Assembly: GCA_008080745.1 (NCBI GenBank)
Contig: SHMX01000005.1
Span: 192,847-224,846 of the forward strand
Reading direction: 5' to 3'
Source of the DNA: Candidatus Thorarchaeota archaeon
Lineage (GTDB): Archaea > Asgardarchaeota > Thorarchaeia > Thorarchaeales > Thorarchaeaceae
Length of the DNA stretch: 32,000 bases
A program made the translations under genes and the position numbers. Under the pieces are notes generated by a model. It was not told the origin of the DNA. It did not search any database and saw only the letters and a program-made list of their open reading frames with translations. The number at the start of each line of letters is the position of its first letter. Within the stretch, counting starts at the first letter, position 1. Positions 1 to 8,945 of this stretch are shown here, piece after piece.

Positions 1-2
1 TA

Positions 3-365
3 ATTCTTAGTGGTGTCTTCATTACATTGTTACCTCCACTATTGGTGATTCCATTTCCTCATATCGAGCTGCTTGGTGTTGAGATTATCCCCGAAACAGT
101 ATGGCACGAAGGACCACATGGTCCTGAGCAGGTACAACCTTTTCTGCCTCTTCTTGGAGCTGTAGTTGGTACTCTCATTGTGGGAATTTTGGAGGGTCTT
201 CTTGCGTTTATGCACACGCTTAGGCTGCATTTTGTAGAATGGTTTAGCAAATTCTATCATGCGGGTGGTATTCCCTTCGATCCATTTACCATTAAAAGAA
301 TACACACAACTGTTCCTAGAATGGAAACCGAAGTACCTACACAATCTGGATATGCTGTAAATTGA
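3..365 (+). CDS. atpI: A/V-type ATP synthase subunit I (a), C-terminal part; 5'-truncated by window edge
   Basis: Frame is open from position 3. Contains the family C-terminal signature ILEGLLAFMHTLRLHFVEWFSKFYHAGGIPFDPF (H-x-x-RL-x-x-VE-x-F-x-KFY-x-x-GG-x-x-F-x-PF). Confidence 0.93.
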   Translation: MLSGVFITLLPPLLVIPFPHIELLGVEIIPETVWHEGPHGPEQVQPFLPLLGAVVGTLIVGILEGLLAFMHTLRLHFVEWFSKFYHAGGIPFDPFTIKRIHTTVPRMETEVPTQSGYAVN

Positions 366-381
366 AAAAATACGGAAGTGA

Positions 382-406
382 GTGGATTGACTTTCTTCTA
401 ATCCAC
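382..406. terminator. Hairpin between convergent genes; putative terminator or 3' stabiliser
   Basis: GTGGATT (382-388) / AATCCAC (400-406) inverted repeat; T6 tract on the minus strand at 365-370. Confidence 0.45.
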
Positions 407-417
407 CATTCTTCTTA

Positions 418-2757
418 TCACATGTTTGTGATGCCCATGTAAAGGGCAGATAACTCTGCTTCTCCCTTAAGCAATGGGTCTTGGTCTCTACCAAGTTTCT
501 GTTTGTTATCCCACACACTTCGAGCAACAAGGTCAGTAGTCTTTGCTCTACTATCAACCGTTCTGGCTGATTGAATATCACCAAGCTGTTGGAATAGCTG
601 AGCTGCCCCTGTATATGCTCCTACTGCCTCTCTCAACTGATCACTAGCATCAGAGTAGTGAATCTTGGCTTTTGTGACCTCTCCCTTAAGATAAAACATC
701 TCTGCCATAAAGTCGCTTTTTGCTCCCATGAGACGTTTTAGGTCTCCACGAAGCTTCATTACCACTCCTTGAAGTTGTTTAACTTGAGCATCGACATTGT
801 TTTTCTTTCGGATTGCTTCACCTTTTACGCTGTTCAATTCTTTTGCTGCACATTCAAATGAAGAAACAGCTTGATAGATTCGTTTGATGGTTTCATCATG
901 AGTCTTCAATGTTCCATCCATCGAACCCCCGTCTTCTAATTGTGCCAAGTCATCACCGAGTGCTTTGATAGCATTGACACGGGCTACCTGTGATCTGAAT
1001 GCCCATTGTTCAGATTGTCGAGAAAACGTCTGAGCTTCTGAAGCGTAGGCTGTAGCTAGAGCTAGTTTTCCTAAATCTTTCAATTCAGAGGCTGATGCAT
1101 CCTCTCCAATTATTTGGTAATAAGAGGCGGCATCCTCCGCATGGAGGTTTTCAAGAATTCTGGACATAATGAATTTAGTTCCAGTCTGCAGCTGTGAGCT
1201 CAACTGGAATTGGATGACATATTTCACATTGTTCAATAGTGCCAATGTTTTATTTCTCAGGTCGCTAACTTCTTCATCTTCACTCTCAAGACTCAAGAGA
1301 ATTCCCAGACTGTTGAGCGCTTCTCTTATAGCCTCCAAAGCATCAGGTGGATTGTTACTCAGGCTTTTCTGAGCATCATCCAATGATTTATGCACATCCT
1401 CAATTAATCCGGTCTTTCGGAGGTCTTTCGCAAATGCAATTTGTGAGATGATTCCGCTTATATCGTCGCCACTATTCTTCTTAAGAAGCTCCTCTACGAA
1501 AGAGAAGGTCTTCAGATTCTCTTTGATGGCACTAGTAAGTTCTCTTGTCTTTGATAATTTTCCTGCTTTTTTCAAATCCCGGAAAATTTCTTGAAGAACC
1601 GTTATTGCTTCCTCACGATTATTCATCTCAAGTAAATCTGTCAGTTCCTGAACTGATGCCTCGGCAGAACAGAATAGTGCTTGTGCCTTCTTGTGTTCTT
1701 TATCTACCTGTGACTGATCTGCATTTGGTGCCAAATTGAGAATCTTCCTGAAGCATTTTTCTGCTCTTCCAAATGCATCAGATGCAGAGGTATAGAGCTT
1801 TGAGGCGTCCTCCAGATTACCTGAACGCATTTGGGCATCAGCAATATCATTGTATGTCATTGCTAGATAGACTTCACTTAGTCCAGCTGTGTTTTGCTTC
1901 CATGCTTTTATCATTCGTATTGTGTCTTGGTCGATGGCATCACTCTTTTCAAAGTGAGGAAGAGCCTCGTTGTAGAGATCCGTCGCTTGTTCAAATATGA
2001 AGGAACTAAGCATATCTCTCCAGATTAGTTCGTCAAATGGATTGAATGCTTGTCGGAAGGTACTCTCAACTCCAATCAGTTCGTTTAGAAACTCATCATA
2101 GAACTCAGCTTCTGCAGACTTGTTTTTTCCTAATAGCTCTGATAAGGTAGGATTTGCAGCATCAGATTCTTCCAGTAAGCTATAGGCCTTGTGGCCCAAT
2201 GCAACACGTCTGAGCTTCTGGGTTCCGTCTACCTTTTGAGGGACTGCTGAAAATGGTTTTTCCAGCATAGTATATACTGCAGCTAATGCTTTCTTTGCAG
2301 CATCCTTTTTTTCTTCATGTTCATCCTCAATAAATGGCCCACTAGATGATGCTGCTTGGTGGAGCCAAGCCATTACTCTAGCCATCCAAATATTTGCTAG
2401 ATTCTCCTGGATTTGATCTTGCAAATTTTTCAGTGCTTGCTCCAACTGCTCCTTTTGTTCTCCTTCGGCTTGAGCAACTCTTTCTCTGAGAAACGCGACA
2501 TCAAATTCTTCTCCCATACTCTCTTCACTGAATGATGCAATTCCCTGATATAGATCAGTAAAGGTATCATGCATTACAATTCGTTTAGCTTCCAGTCCTT
2601 CGACATCGTCGATATCATGTAGGACAAAACTTCTTACAGCATCTTGAGCTTGAAGATTTAGTTCGAAGAGTTTACTTGTGTAGACTGTTACATCCACGTC
2701 CAACTCGGAAGTGGAATCGTCTTTTTTGAATTCATTACCCAAAGAGAACACCCTCAA
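418..2757 (-). CDS. Large all-alpha hypothetical protein with TPR/SNAP-like helical repeats
   Basis: 779-aa ORF (TTG start), Ala/Leu/Glu/Lys-rich amphipathic helices. Two similar segments: IADAQMRSGNLEDASKLYTSASDAFGRA and MAEMFYLKGEVTKAKIHYSDASDQLREA. No catalytic motif seen. Confidence 0.75.
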   Translation of the reverse strand: MRVFSLGNEFKKDDSTSELDVDVTVYTSKLFELNLQAQDAVRSFVLHDIDDVEGLEAKRIVMHDTFTDLYQGIASFSEESMGEEFDVAFLRERVAQAEGEQKEQLEQALKNLQDQIQENLANIWMARVMAWLHQAASSSGPFIEDEHEEKKDAAKKALAAVYTMLEKPFSAVPQKVDGTQKLRRVALGHKAYSLLEESDAANPTLSELLGKNKSAEAEFYDEFLNELIGVESTFRQAFNPFDELIWRDMLSSFIFEQATDLYNEALPHFEKSDAIDQDTIRMIKAWKQNTAGLSEVYLAMTYNDIADAQMRSGNLEDASKLYTSASDAFGRAEKCFRKILNLAPNADQSQVDKEHKKAQALFCSAEASVQELTDLLEMNNREEAITVLQEIFRDLKKAGKLSKTRELTSAIKENLKTFSFVEELLKKNSGDDISGIISQIAFAKDLRKTGLIEDVHKSLDDAQKSLSNNPPDALEAIREALNSLGILLSLESEDEEVSDLRNKTLALLNNVKYVIQFQLSSQLQTGTKFIMSRILENLHAEDAASYYQIIGEDASASELKDLGKLALATAYASEAQTFSRQSEQWAFRSQVARVNAIKALGDDLAQLEDGGSMDGTLKTHDETIKRIYQAVSSFECAAKELNSVKGEAIRKKNNVDAQVKQLQGVVMKLRGDLKRLMGAKSDFMAEMFYLKGEVTKAKIHYSDASDQLREAVGAYTGAAQLFQQLGDIQSARTVDSRAKTTDLVARSVWDNKQKLGRDQDPLLKGEAELSALYMGITNM

Positions 2758-2879
2758 ATGAGGTTAATATCACGATTAGGCGGTTCTCTTACTACTTAAG
2801 AATAACTGGGTTATTGCATGAAAATATTGTCAGAAATGCGCAAAATGAATATAAAGAAAGTGCAATCTATTAAAGTGAG

Positions 2880-3254
2880 TCATTCTTCGATTGCACGAAA
2901 CTTCATCTTTCGTCCATCTCGGTATTTGATAAGATGTCCTTCTTCTACTAACTGATTCAAAACTTCGCTTGTTCTAGAACGAGACCTACCCCATTGTTCA
3001 GCAAGCTCTGTAGTTGTTAATCCCTTCTCAGCATCATAGAGGAAATTCAATAACCTGTCCCAACTTGCATCTCTTTCCACATAATCTTGATTGGGAAACA
3101 TATCATACCGACCTACTTCAGCTGAACGCCTTGGTGATTCTTTATCAATAACTTGTGACTTGAGATCCGTTATGACTCCCTTCAAATCCATGACTGTTTT
3201 CTTTAGGGAACGTATCTCTTCCCTTAGTTGTTGAATTTCTTTTTCACTATCCAT
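2880..3254 (-). CDS. Coiled-coil + C-terminal winged-helix DNA-binding protein (ArsR/MarR-like wHTH)
   Basis: N-terminal heptads (EIQQLREEIRSLKKTVMDLKGVITDLKSQV). C-terminal HTH LTTTELAEQWGRSRSRTSEVLNQLVEEGHL followed by wing YRDGRKMKF. Confidence 0.8.
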   Translation of the reverse strand: MDSEKEIQQLREEIRSLKKTVMDLKGVITDLKSQVIDKESPRRSAEVGRYDMFPNQDYVERDASWDRLLNFLYDAEKGLTTTELAEQWGRSRSRTSEVLNQLVEEGHLIKYRDGRKMKFRAIEE

Positions 3255-3274
3255 ATCGTTATCTCCTATTCCTA

Positions 3275-3652
3275 CTAGGCATAGTCAAATCGGAACTCTA
3301 TGTAGTTGCGTTTCTTTCGTTTCTTTTCGTATTCGTCTTTAGCATCTCTTACAGGAAACTCAACCTGTATCATTGCTTTGTATTCTACGAGTGAATCTAG
3401 TTCATTCATTTCATCTTGGATGTCTTCAGATGCCACTTCCACCTGTTCGGATTCTTCAATGATTTCCTCGGCATCTCCAGGAAGGATATTTGTTACTGCT
3501 TCTTCTTCTACTATTTCTTCGATCGGACTTCCAACTCGAATTGTTTCTGTTGAACCTAAGAGCTCATACTCGGTCTTTCGATCCTTTAGGATATTCTCAA
3601 GAACCTCTTTGGTGCCTTTAGCACAAGTCTCTCGTTTATGATGATAACCCAT
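3275..3652 (-). CDS. Hypothetical protein with central acidic low-complexity segment
   Basis: 125-aa ORF with Glu/Asp-rich middle and basic C-terminus. Lies 20 nt upstream of the wHTH gene on the same strand (probable operon). Confidence 0.65.
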   Translation of the reverse strand: MGYHHKRETCAKGTKEVLENILKDRKTEYELLGSTETIRVGSPIEEIVEEEAVTNILPGDAEEIIEESEQVEVASEDIQDEMNELDSLVEYKAMIQVEFPVRDAKDEYEKKRKKRNYIEFRFDYA

Positions 3653-3702
3653 TTGTTCTTAACCTCAAATTGCATTTAGTGACTGCTGGTCCCTTACAAT
3701 GA

Positions 3703-3760
3703 GTGTTGACGTTACAAATGTCGTCAACAATAATCGACAACAATCGACAACCGTCAACAA
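3703..3760. repeat. Phased 10-bp repeat array (core RTCRACAA) plus one inverted copy
   Basis: tcgtcaacaa (3721-30), taatcgacaa (3731-40), caatcgacaa (3741-50), ccgtcaacaa (3751-60). TGTTGACG (3704-11) is the reverse complement of CGTCAACA (3722-29). Confidence 0.8.
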
Positions 3761-3780
3761 TTTATCATAGCATCAAATGG

Positions 3781-3794
3781 TTATAAGGTTTTAG
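3781..3794 (-). promoter_or_regulatory. Putative archaeal BRE/TATA promoter for the 3652/3254 operon
   Basis: Minus strand reads CTAAAACC-TTATAA. The expected TSS about 25 nt downstream falls in the repeat array. Confidence 0.4.
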
Positions 3795-3823
3795 ATAAAT
3801 TAACCTTTTTACGAACATTTCGT

Positions 3824-4606
3824 CTATTCTTCTTTAGCAAATGTCCTGGCAAATGTCATGTACCCTGTGTGACCGACCATCCACGTTGTGGGGCGTGTCT
3901 TGTTTTCCCGAACCATAATCTCTCGCTGCATGACTTCTAGAGTTTTTATCATACCCCAATCCCCACTCTCTCCCATTGCTTTGCAGGTTTTCATTACCTG
4001 TTCGATTGTGGGACTATAACTTGCGATGTAGCAACTTGGCTTCAGTACTCGATGTGCTTCCTCTACAAGAAGCCATGGTGTAGCCAAATCCAATACTACT
4101 GCATCAATATACGATTCATGAATACCCTCAAGAATATCTTGATTGTACATCGTTATTCTATCCATATCTGCATATTTTGAGAGATTTCTTTTTGCTCCTT
4201 CGTGCCAGTCCTCACGAATCTCATATGTGTAAACCTGGCCCGTTTCTCCTACTGCATTGGCTAGGATACTAGTAAGTGCTCCTGATCCAGTACCAGACTC
4301 CACCACTCTGCAACCTGAATGGATATCTGCCTCAATAAGTATGGTTCCCGCATCTTTTGGATAGATGATTTGTGTATTTCGGCCCATTGCTATTTGGATG
4401 TCTGTTTGACTAGGTCTGTGAATCTGAAATGTCTTACCTGAATGACTATCCACTTTCAGTCCATAGGGTCTACCAATAATGTCATCGTATTCGATGATAC
4501 CCTTATTCGTATGAAATTTCTCTCCGGCCTTGACTCTTTTTATCCAATTCCTTCTATGATCAAGGAAAATAAAGACATATGAGCCGTCTTCAATCATCTC
4601 TGGCAT
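3824..4606 (-). CDS. trmI: tRNA (adenine-N1)-methyltransferase, TrmI/GCD14 family
   Basis: TQIIYPKDAG, SAM-binding ESGTGSGALT, YEIRE, VLDLATPW, YSPTIEQV, C-terminal RP..WMVGHTGY. Confidence 0.95.
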   Translation of the reverse strand: MPEMIEDGSYVFIFLDHRRNWIKRVKAGEKFHTNKGIIEYDDIIGRPYGLKVDSHSGKTFQIHRPSQTDIQIAMGRNTQIIYPKDAGTILIEADIHSGCRVVESGTGSGALTSILANAVGETGQVYTYEIREDWHEGAKRNLSKYADMDRITMYNQDILEGIHESYIDAVVLDLATPWLLVEEAHRVLKPSCYIASYSPTIEQVMKTCKAMGESGDWGMIKTLEVMQREIMVRENKTRPTTWMVGHTGYMTFARTFAKEE

Positions 4607-4710
4607 GAGTTCAATTGATTTGTCATTGGTTTTGAGTTTTGCTGCGTAGCGGCGCGTATCTGCAAAACTTTATCCGCTTCCGAATATGTTCTCTGTTAGA
4701 GGGAGTACCA

Positions 4711-6948
4711 ATGGATGAAGAACATGATTTTCAAGAAACCTCCGAGGAAGCAGATGAGATAGATTCAGAACTGCCAAAAGAACCTGTCAAACTGATCTCA
4801 GAAGACACTCTTGATTATCACCCCCGAGTGAGTGAACCTCTTGAACTTTTAGTGGACCCCGATACTGGCGTAGTTGTCGGGCGATCACAGTCTTTTCATA
4901 AGAAATACGGTCCTGTAGGTTTGGGAATGCTTGGAGCTATATCTGAGACCTCTGATGACATTCTCACATCATTAGTAGGCACTCCTGTGAAGTTGGATCT
5001 GGTAAGCCCTCATGTTATGTTCGTTGCCGGGAAGAGAGGTTCCGGAAAATCATATACATTAGGCATCATCGCAGAAGAATTAGCTTTGGCAATGGAACGC
5101 TCTCAAATTGAGGTTGCAGGTGTTCTAATAGATACGGTTGATGTTTTCCGTCAGATGGTCGAGCCCAATGTGGACCAAGAGGATTTGTTGGAGAAATGGG
5201 GTCTTGATGATAGAGGATTTCCTGTTGCAGTCTATATCCCACGACGGACCTATGCTGGACTTCCTGATGAAGTTAAGAAGAAAGCCAGATTATATCCATT
5301 GGCAATAAGCCCCAGAGAACTATCTGATTCTGATTGGGGTTATGTTCTAGAGAAAGGAGGACAACTCAGCACTACTATGGAGAATCTCATAGGAGATATT
5401 ATTGATAGCCTCCGTCATGGATATACCTTAGAAGAGGGCACTCGTCAAGAAGGCATTCGTGATTTCAGCATCAATGATATGATACGAGTAATTGAGAGCA
5501 ATCCAGCAATCCAAGATCTGTACAAGGCTTCTACACAGACTGCTATGATTCAACGTCTTAGAAGAGCTAATCGTCTCGGTATCTTTCATCCTGGTGGCAC
5601 CAGTGCTCAGGATTTAGCCATCGGTGGTCAGATTACCGTTATTGATGTAGCACCTCTTGGTTCCGATGCAGAATCTGTTCTTGCTATTCTTACCAATATT
5701 CTTTGTAGACAGGTGCTTACCTACAGAATGACCTGGACAGATGATGGTACCAGTGCACGCGAAGAGTTACCCCCCACATGGCTGATTGTGGATGAGGCAC
5801 ATACTTTGGTTCCTAGAACGGGAAATACTCCTGCCAAGGAAGCTATCATAAGCTATGCAAAACTGGGACGTAGATTTGGTTGTAGTCTTGTTCTTTGTAC
5901 CCAACAACCCTCGGCTGTGGCTGATGATGCAATATCCCAGTCTGATATTATTCTCTCTCATTCATTGTCTCACGACAATGATATTCGGGCGCTTCAACAA
6001 CGTGCTCCTGCAGTCATGCCTGAACAATTCAAAGATAAAGTGTTTATCAGTAGCCTTCCACGGGGTGTTGCGCTATTATTTGACCAAACTACTGAAAACA
6101 AAAGAGGATTCATATTCAAAGTTCGCCCTCGTCTTTCTAAACATGGGGGGACTGATAGACTATCAGGACTCTTTGAGGCTGCAAAGCTAGCCCCGCACGA
6201 AGAGGACCTGAAAGATGAAATAACAATCCAAGAAGTTGAGATAGATGAATCTGAGAAACTCGAAGTACCATCTGATGAATTCAAAGACGATGAGATGCTA
6301 GATGAAATCGAAGATGAGGATATACCAGATCTACCTCATGTACCTCGACCTCCTGTAAAACTAAGTAGGGAAGATTGGGAGTTATTGGATAGCTGGATTC
6401 AAGATTATGTTACGACCCTCTTTGAACAGAAACAACAGGAATTCTCTATAACGGAAGAAACTGCACCAAGAGAAACAACCGAACCCGAGGTTTCTATTGT
6501 GGATGAACCCATCATTGAAGATTACTCTGATGACACCGATGCAGTCATTGATGTATCCAATGTGGCAGTGCGGCGTTTTGGTAATCTACAGCCGACCCTT
6601 CTTGCAAAGGCGATGACCAGAAAAGTGTTGTATTCCCGTTCGTCCCATGAGTTTCTCTTTCCCACCGAGTCGATAGAACGTGAAACCGTTCTTATAGAGT
6701 CTGATGATGTTGATCCCTGGGACTTGGTAGAAAGAATAACAGGGATTTTAGTTGAACGCGGTCTGCATCTCGATTCTCTCCGCCATGAGGATGATTTCAC
6801 CTTTGTACTTCTTCGAAAGGATGAGGTTCGGGTAGCCTTCTCAGCAGGAATTAGTGAGAATACCGTCTGCATCCCTGTCATTTTCAGTGGAACAAGCAGA
6901 CGTGGCGTTTCTATTCTCTCTGATCAATTTCGAGTGGCAATGAGATAG
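4711..6948 (+). CDS. HerA/FtsK-superfamily (DUF87-like) ATPase with acidic linker and C-terminal extension
   Basis: Walker A GKRGSGKS preceded by PH, Walker B LIVDEAH, GRRFG..LVLCTQQPS and ISQ motifs. Start moved to ATG 4711 (GGGAG SD-like motif upstream). Confidence 0.85.
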   Translation: MDEEHDFQETSEEADEIDSELPKEPVKLISEDTLDYHPRVSEPLELLVDPDTGVVVGRSQSFHKKYGPVGLGMLGAISETSDDILTSLVGTPVKLDLVSPHVMFVAGKRGSGKSYTLGIIAEELALAMERSQIEVAGVLIDTVDVFRQMVEPNVDQEDLLEKWGLDDRGFPVAVYIPRRTYAGLPDEVKKKARLYPLAISPRELSDSDWGYVLEKGGQLSTTMENLIGDIIDSLRHGYTLEEGTRQEGIRDFSINDMIRVIESNPAIQDLYKASTQTAMIQRLRRANRLGIFHPGGTSAQDLAIGGQITVIDVAPLGSDAESVLAILTNILCRQVLTYRMTWTDDGTSAREELPPTWLIVDEAHTLVPRTGNTPAKEAIISYAKLGRRFGCSLVLCTQQPSAVADDAISQSDIILSHSLSHDNDIRALQQRAPAVMPEQFKDKVFISSLPRGVALLFDQTTENKRGFIFKVRPRLSKHGGTDRLSGLFEAAKLAPHEEDLKDEITIQEVEIDESEKLEVPSDEFKDDEMLDEIEDEDIPDLPHVPRPPVKLSREDWELLDSWIQDYVTTLFEQKQQEFSITEETAPRETTEPEVSIVDEPIIEDYSDDTDAVIDVSNVAVRRFGNLQPTLLAKAMTRKVLYSRSSHEFLFPTESIERETVLIESDDVDPWDLVERITGILVERGLHLDSLRHEDDFTFVLLRKDEVRVAFSAGISENTVCIPVIFSGTSRRGVSILSDQFRVAMR

Positions 6949-7021
6949 CAGAAATCATGTTCTTCAAACAGTCCATGCGCTTATAAGGCTAAAAACCTGC
7001 AGTTTGTCACTGGTGAGAATC

Positions 7022-7378
7022 ATGAGCAAAGACGAAATAAGACCCCCTGTCAATCTTCGTATCGCATCATTGATGGATTTGGCCAGAATGCTGGTTTCTT
7101 GGTCACAACGTGATAGACCTGCGAGTGTCATGTACTTCGAGCATGATGGCAAACACATCTTTGGAACACTAATCTCCAATCATGGATATTATGAATATAT
7201 GGGCCTTCCACTTTGGATTTACATTGAGCATGATAATGCACCTGATGGTAATTTCTTAGCATATCAACCCCGTGATAAAGAAAAAGTGAAATTTGTTGAA
7301 ACCATCGAGACGGACCCTCAAACTGTTCATCTTCCAGTGATTCGTCTAGCTGAGAAGTTGGAAATACTTGATATCTAA
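7022..7378 (+). CDS. Conserved small archaeal hypothetical protein
   Basis: ATG 7022 with GGTGA SD. Protein-like alpha/beta pattern (LRIASLMDLARM...YFEHDGKHIFG...GYYEYMGLPLWIY). Resembles from memory small crenarchaeal conserved proteins; unverified. Confidence 0.75.
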   Translation: MSKDEIRPPVNLRIASLMDLARMLVSWSQRDRPASVMYFEHDGKHIFGTLISNHGYYEYMGLPLWIYIEHDNAPDGNFLAYQPRDKEKVKFVETIETDPQTVHLPVIRLAEKLEILDI

Positions 7379-7830
7379 TCTGATTCCCTACGGTCCTTAT
7401 TGGACCAGTAGGTTCCCTTTTTCTTTATCCATTCTTTCAGGTCTCGTACCATCAAATCGTGGTCGAAGGCCAGGGTGATAGTATTATGTACCTCATCCAA
7501 ATCGAACCATTTTGCTCCGGCTGCGTCATCGCCACCTGTTGGTTCTCCTTCTAATGGTCTAGCAATAAATACTGTACTCTGAATATGTTTTCTTGGGTCT
7601 CGCTCAGGATCACTGTATACTCCTAGGATATCCAGCAGCTCTACCTTCATTCCAGTTTCTTCTATTACTTCTCTTAGTGCTGCTTTTTCTACGGTTTCAC
7701 CATAGTCAACAAATCCCCCGGGAAATACCCACATACCCTTGTATGGTTCATTTTTTCGTTTAACAAGTACTATTCGATCCTGGTCAAGGATGACAGTATC
7801 TACAGTAGGACTGGGATTCTTGTACATCAA
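7375..7830 (-). CDS. NUDIX hydrolase (MutT/ADP-ribose pyrophosphatase-like)
   Basis: Nudix box GGFVDYGETVEKAALREVIEETG; LVKR...W..PGG; YSDPERDPR; LAFDH. Confidence 0.93.
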   Translation of the reverse strand: MMYKNPSPTVDTVILDQDRIVLVKRKNEPYKGMWVFPGGFVDYGETVEKAALREVIEETGMKVELLDILGVYSDPERDPRKHIQSTVFIARPLEGEPTGGDDAAGAKWFDLDEVHNTITLAFDHDLMVRDLKEWIKKKGTYWSNKDRRESD

Positions 7831-8882
7831 TATAGCTCCCTAGGAGATGCTCGTGCAAAGTTAGCAGCTGCAACTGCGGCAAAGATGAAAAACGCCAACC
7901 ATATTATCAAAGTAACAATGATGAGGCTTGTTTTGAAGAATATCTCTACCACTAGAAACATTCCTACCACAAGGATGTTAGTAACTCCTCCAAATGTACT
8001 ATTATCCGATTCACCAACTCGCCACTTGATTAGTATCATTATTCCAACAATGGATAAAGAAATCCAGTTGATCAAGTTGGTGAAGAGGTCGGATCGATTA
8101 GCAAAGGGTATTATTCCAAGCGGTGTTGGAATGGGTGGAAGATAAAGTGCTACAAAGATAGCAAAGAGAAGGATTTCACCAATTCTAATCTTGGTCGTGG
8201 GTGTGCTGGTATATACCTGACCATAGAGACCTCTGTCATATTGCTGTGCAGCGTGAAAAATGAAGTAGAATGGAGACCCAAAGCTAAGAGCATTGACAAG
8301 ACATTGCGCTATTCCATAGACCACTTTGAACCAAAAGTCGCTCCATGCTTGGAGTATGGTCTCCCATACCGATATGTAGCTTGGAATAAACTCTAACATG
8401 ATAATAGTTGGTAGAATACATAATGCAATAGCAACTAAGACTGCAAACAGGGCTGCAATTCTTCCTCCTCCAAGTTTGCCTAGACCAACCTGGTAGAATA
8501 CTCTCCCCGCAACAAAGAGTCCTCCAATTATTGCAAGGGGTGCGGTTACTACTGGTAAAATGAAGAACATCAAGATAAATGCAGCATTGCTGCCATAGAA
8601 TACTCTCCATCTGAGTGGTACAGCATCAGTGGTTTCTTGCATTAGATAAACGGTATTAGCAAGTCGATATCGACTGTTGTATATGATTCCAAGCCATGGT
8701 GCACTGAATACTGCTGGTACTACCGTATAATGAAACCACCAATCGAGAAGGGGATTCTGAAAGAGCGAGATTTGAAATGGTAGCAACCAAACCAATATGA
8801 AGAAATATATTGGTCCTAGGATTGCTATTAGTACAACCACCAAACGTGTCATTTTCCAATCTGGACTCACGCTGCCACCCAT
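7827..8882 (-). CDS. Multi-pass membrane protein, unknown function
   Basis: 351 aa with roughly ten hydrophobic segments. 4-nt overlap with the NUDIX start suggests translational coupling. Confidence 0.8.
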   Translation of the reverse strand: MGGSVSPDWKMTRLVVVLIAILGPIYFFILVWLLPFQISLFQNPLLDWWFHYTVVPAVFSAPWLGIIYNSRYRLANTVYLMQETTDAVPLRWRVFYGSNAAFILMFFILPVVTAPLAIIGGLFVAGRVFYQVGLGKLGGGRIAALFAVLVAIALCILPTIIMLEFIPSYISVWETILQAWSDFWFKVVYGIAQCLVNALSFGSPFYFIFHAAQQYDRGLYGQVYTSTPTTKIRIGEILLFAIFVALYLPPIPTPLGIIPFANRSDLFTNLINWISLSIVGIMILIKWRVGESDNSTFGGVTNILVVGMFLVVEIFFKTSLIIVTLIIWLAFFIFAAVAAANFARASPRELY

Positions 8883-8945
8883 TCAATTCGTGTCCAAATT
8901 GCTAATAAGTATGTGCTGCTCTATCAGGTATGAGGGTTAGAGAAA

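Noticed and set aside
39-584. 181-aa minus-strand ORF and other short alternative-frame ORFs (e.g. 13265..13777, 29614..30003, 3306..3641)
   Set aside because: They overlap well-supported genes on the opposite strand or in another frame and lack recognisable motifs.
3703-3760. CRISPR array
   Set aside because: Units are 10 bp and directly abutting, with no unique spacers and no cas genes.
4711-6948. Calling the ATPase the DNA-repair herA or part of a HerA-based defence system
   Set aside because: No nurA, mre11, rad50, Sir2 or nuclease partner is adjacent, so it is left as an unassigned HerA-like ATPase.
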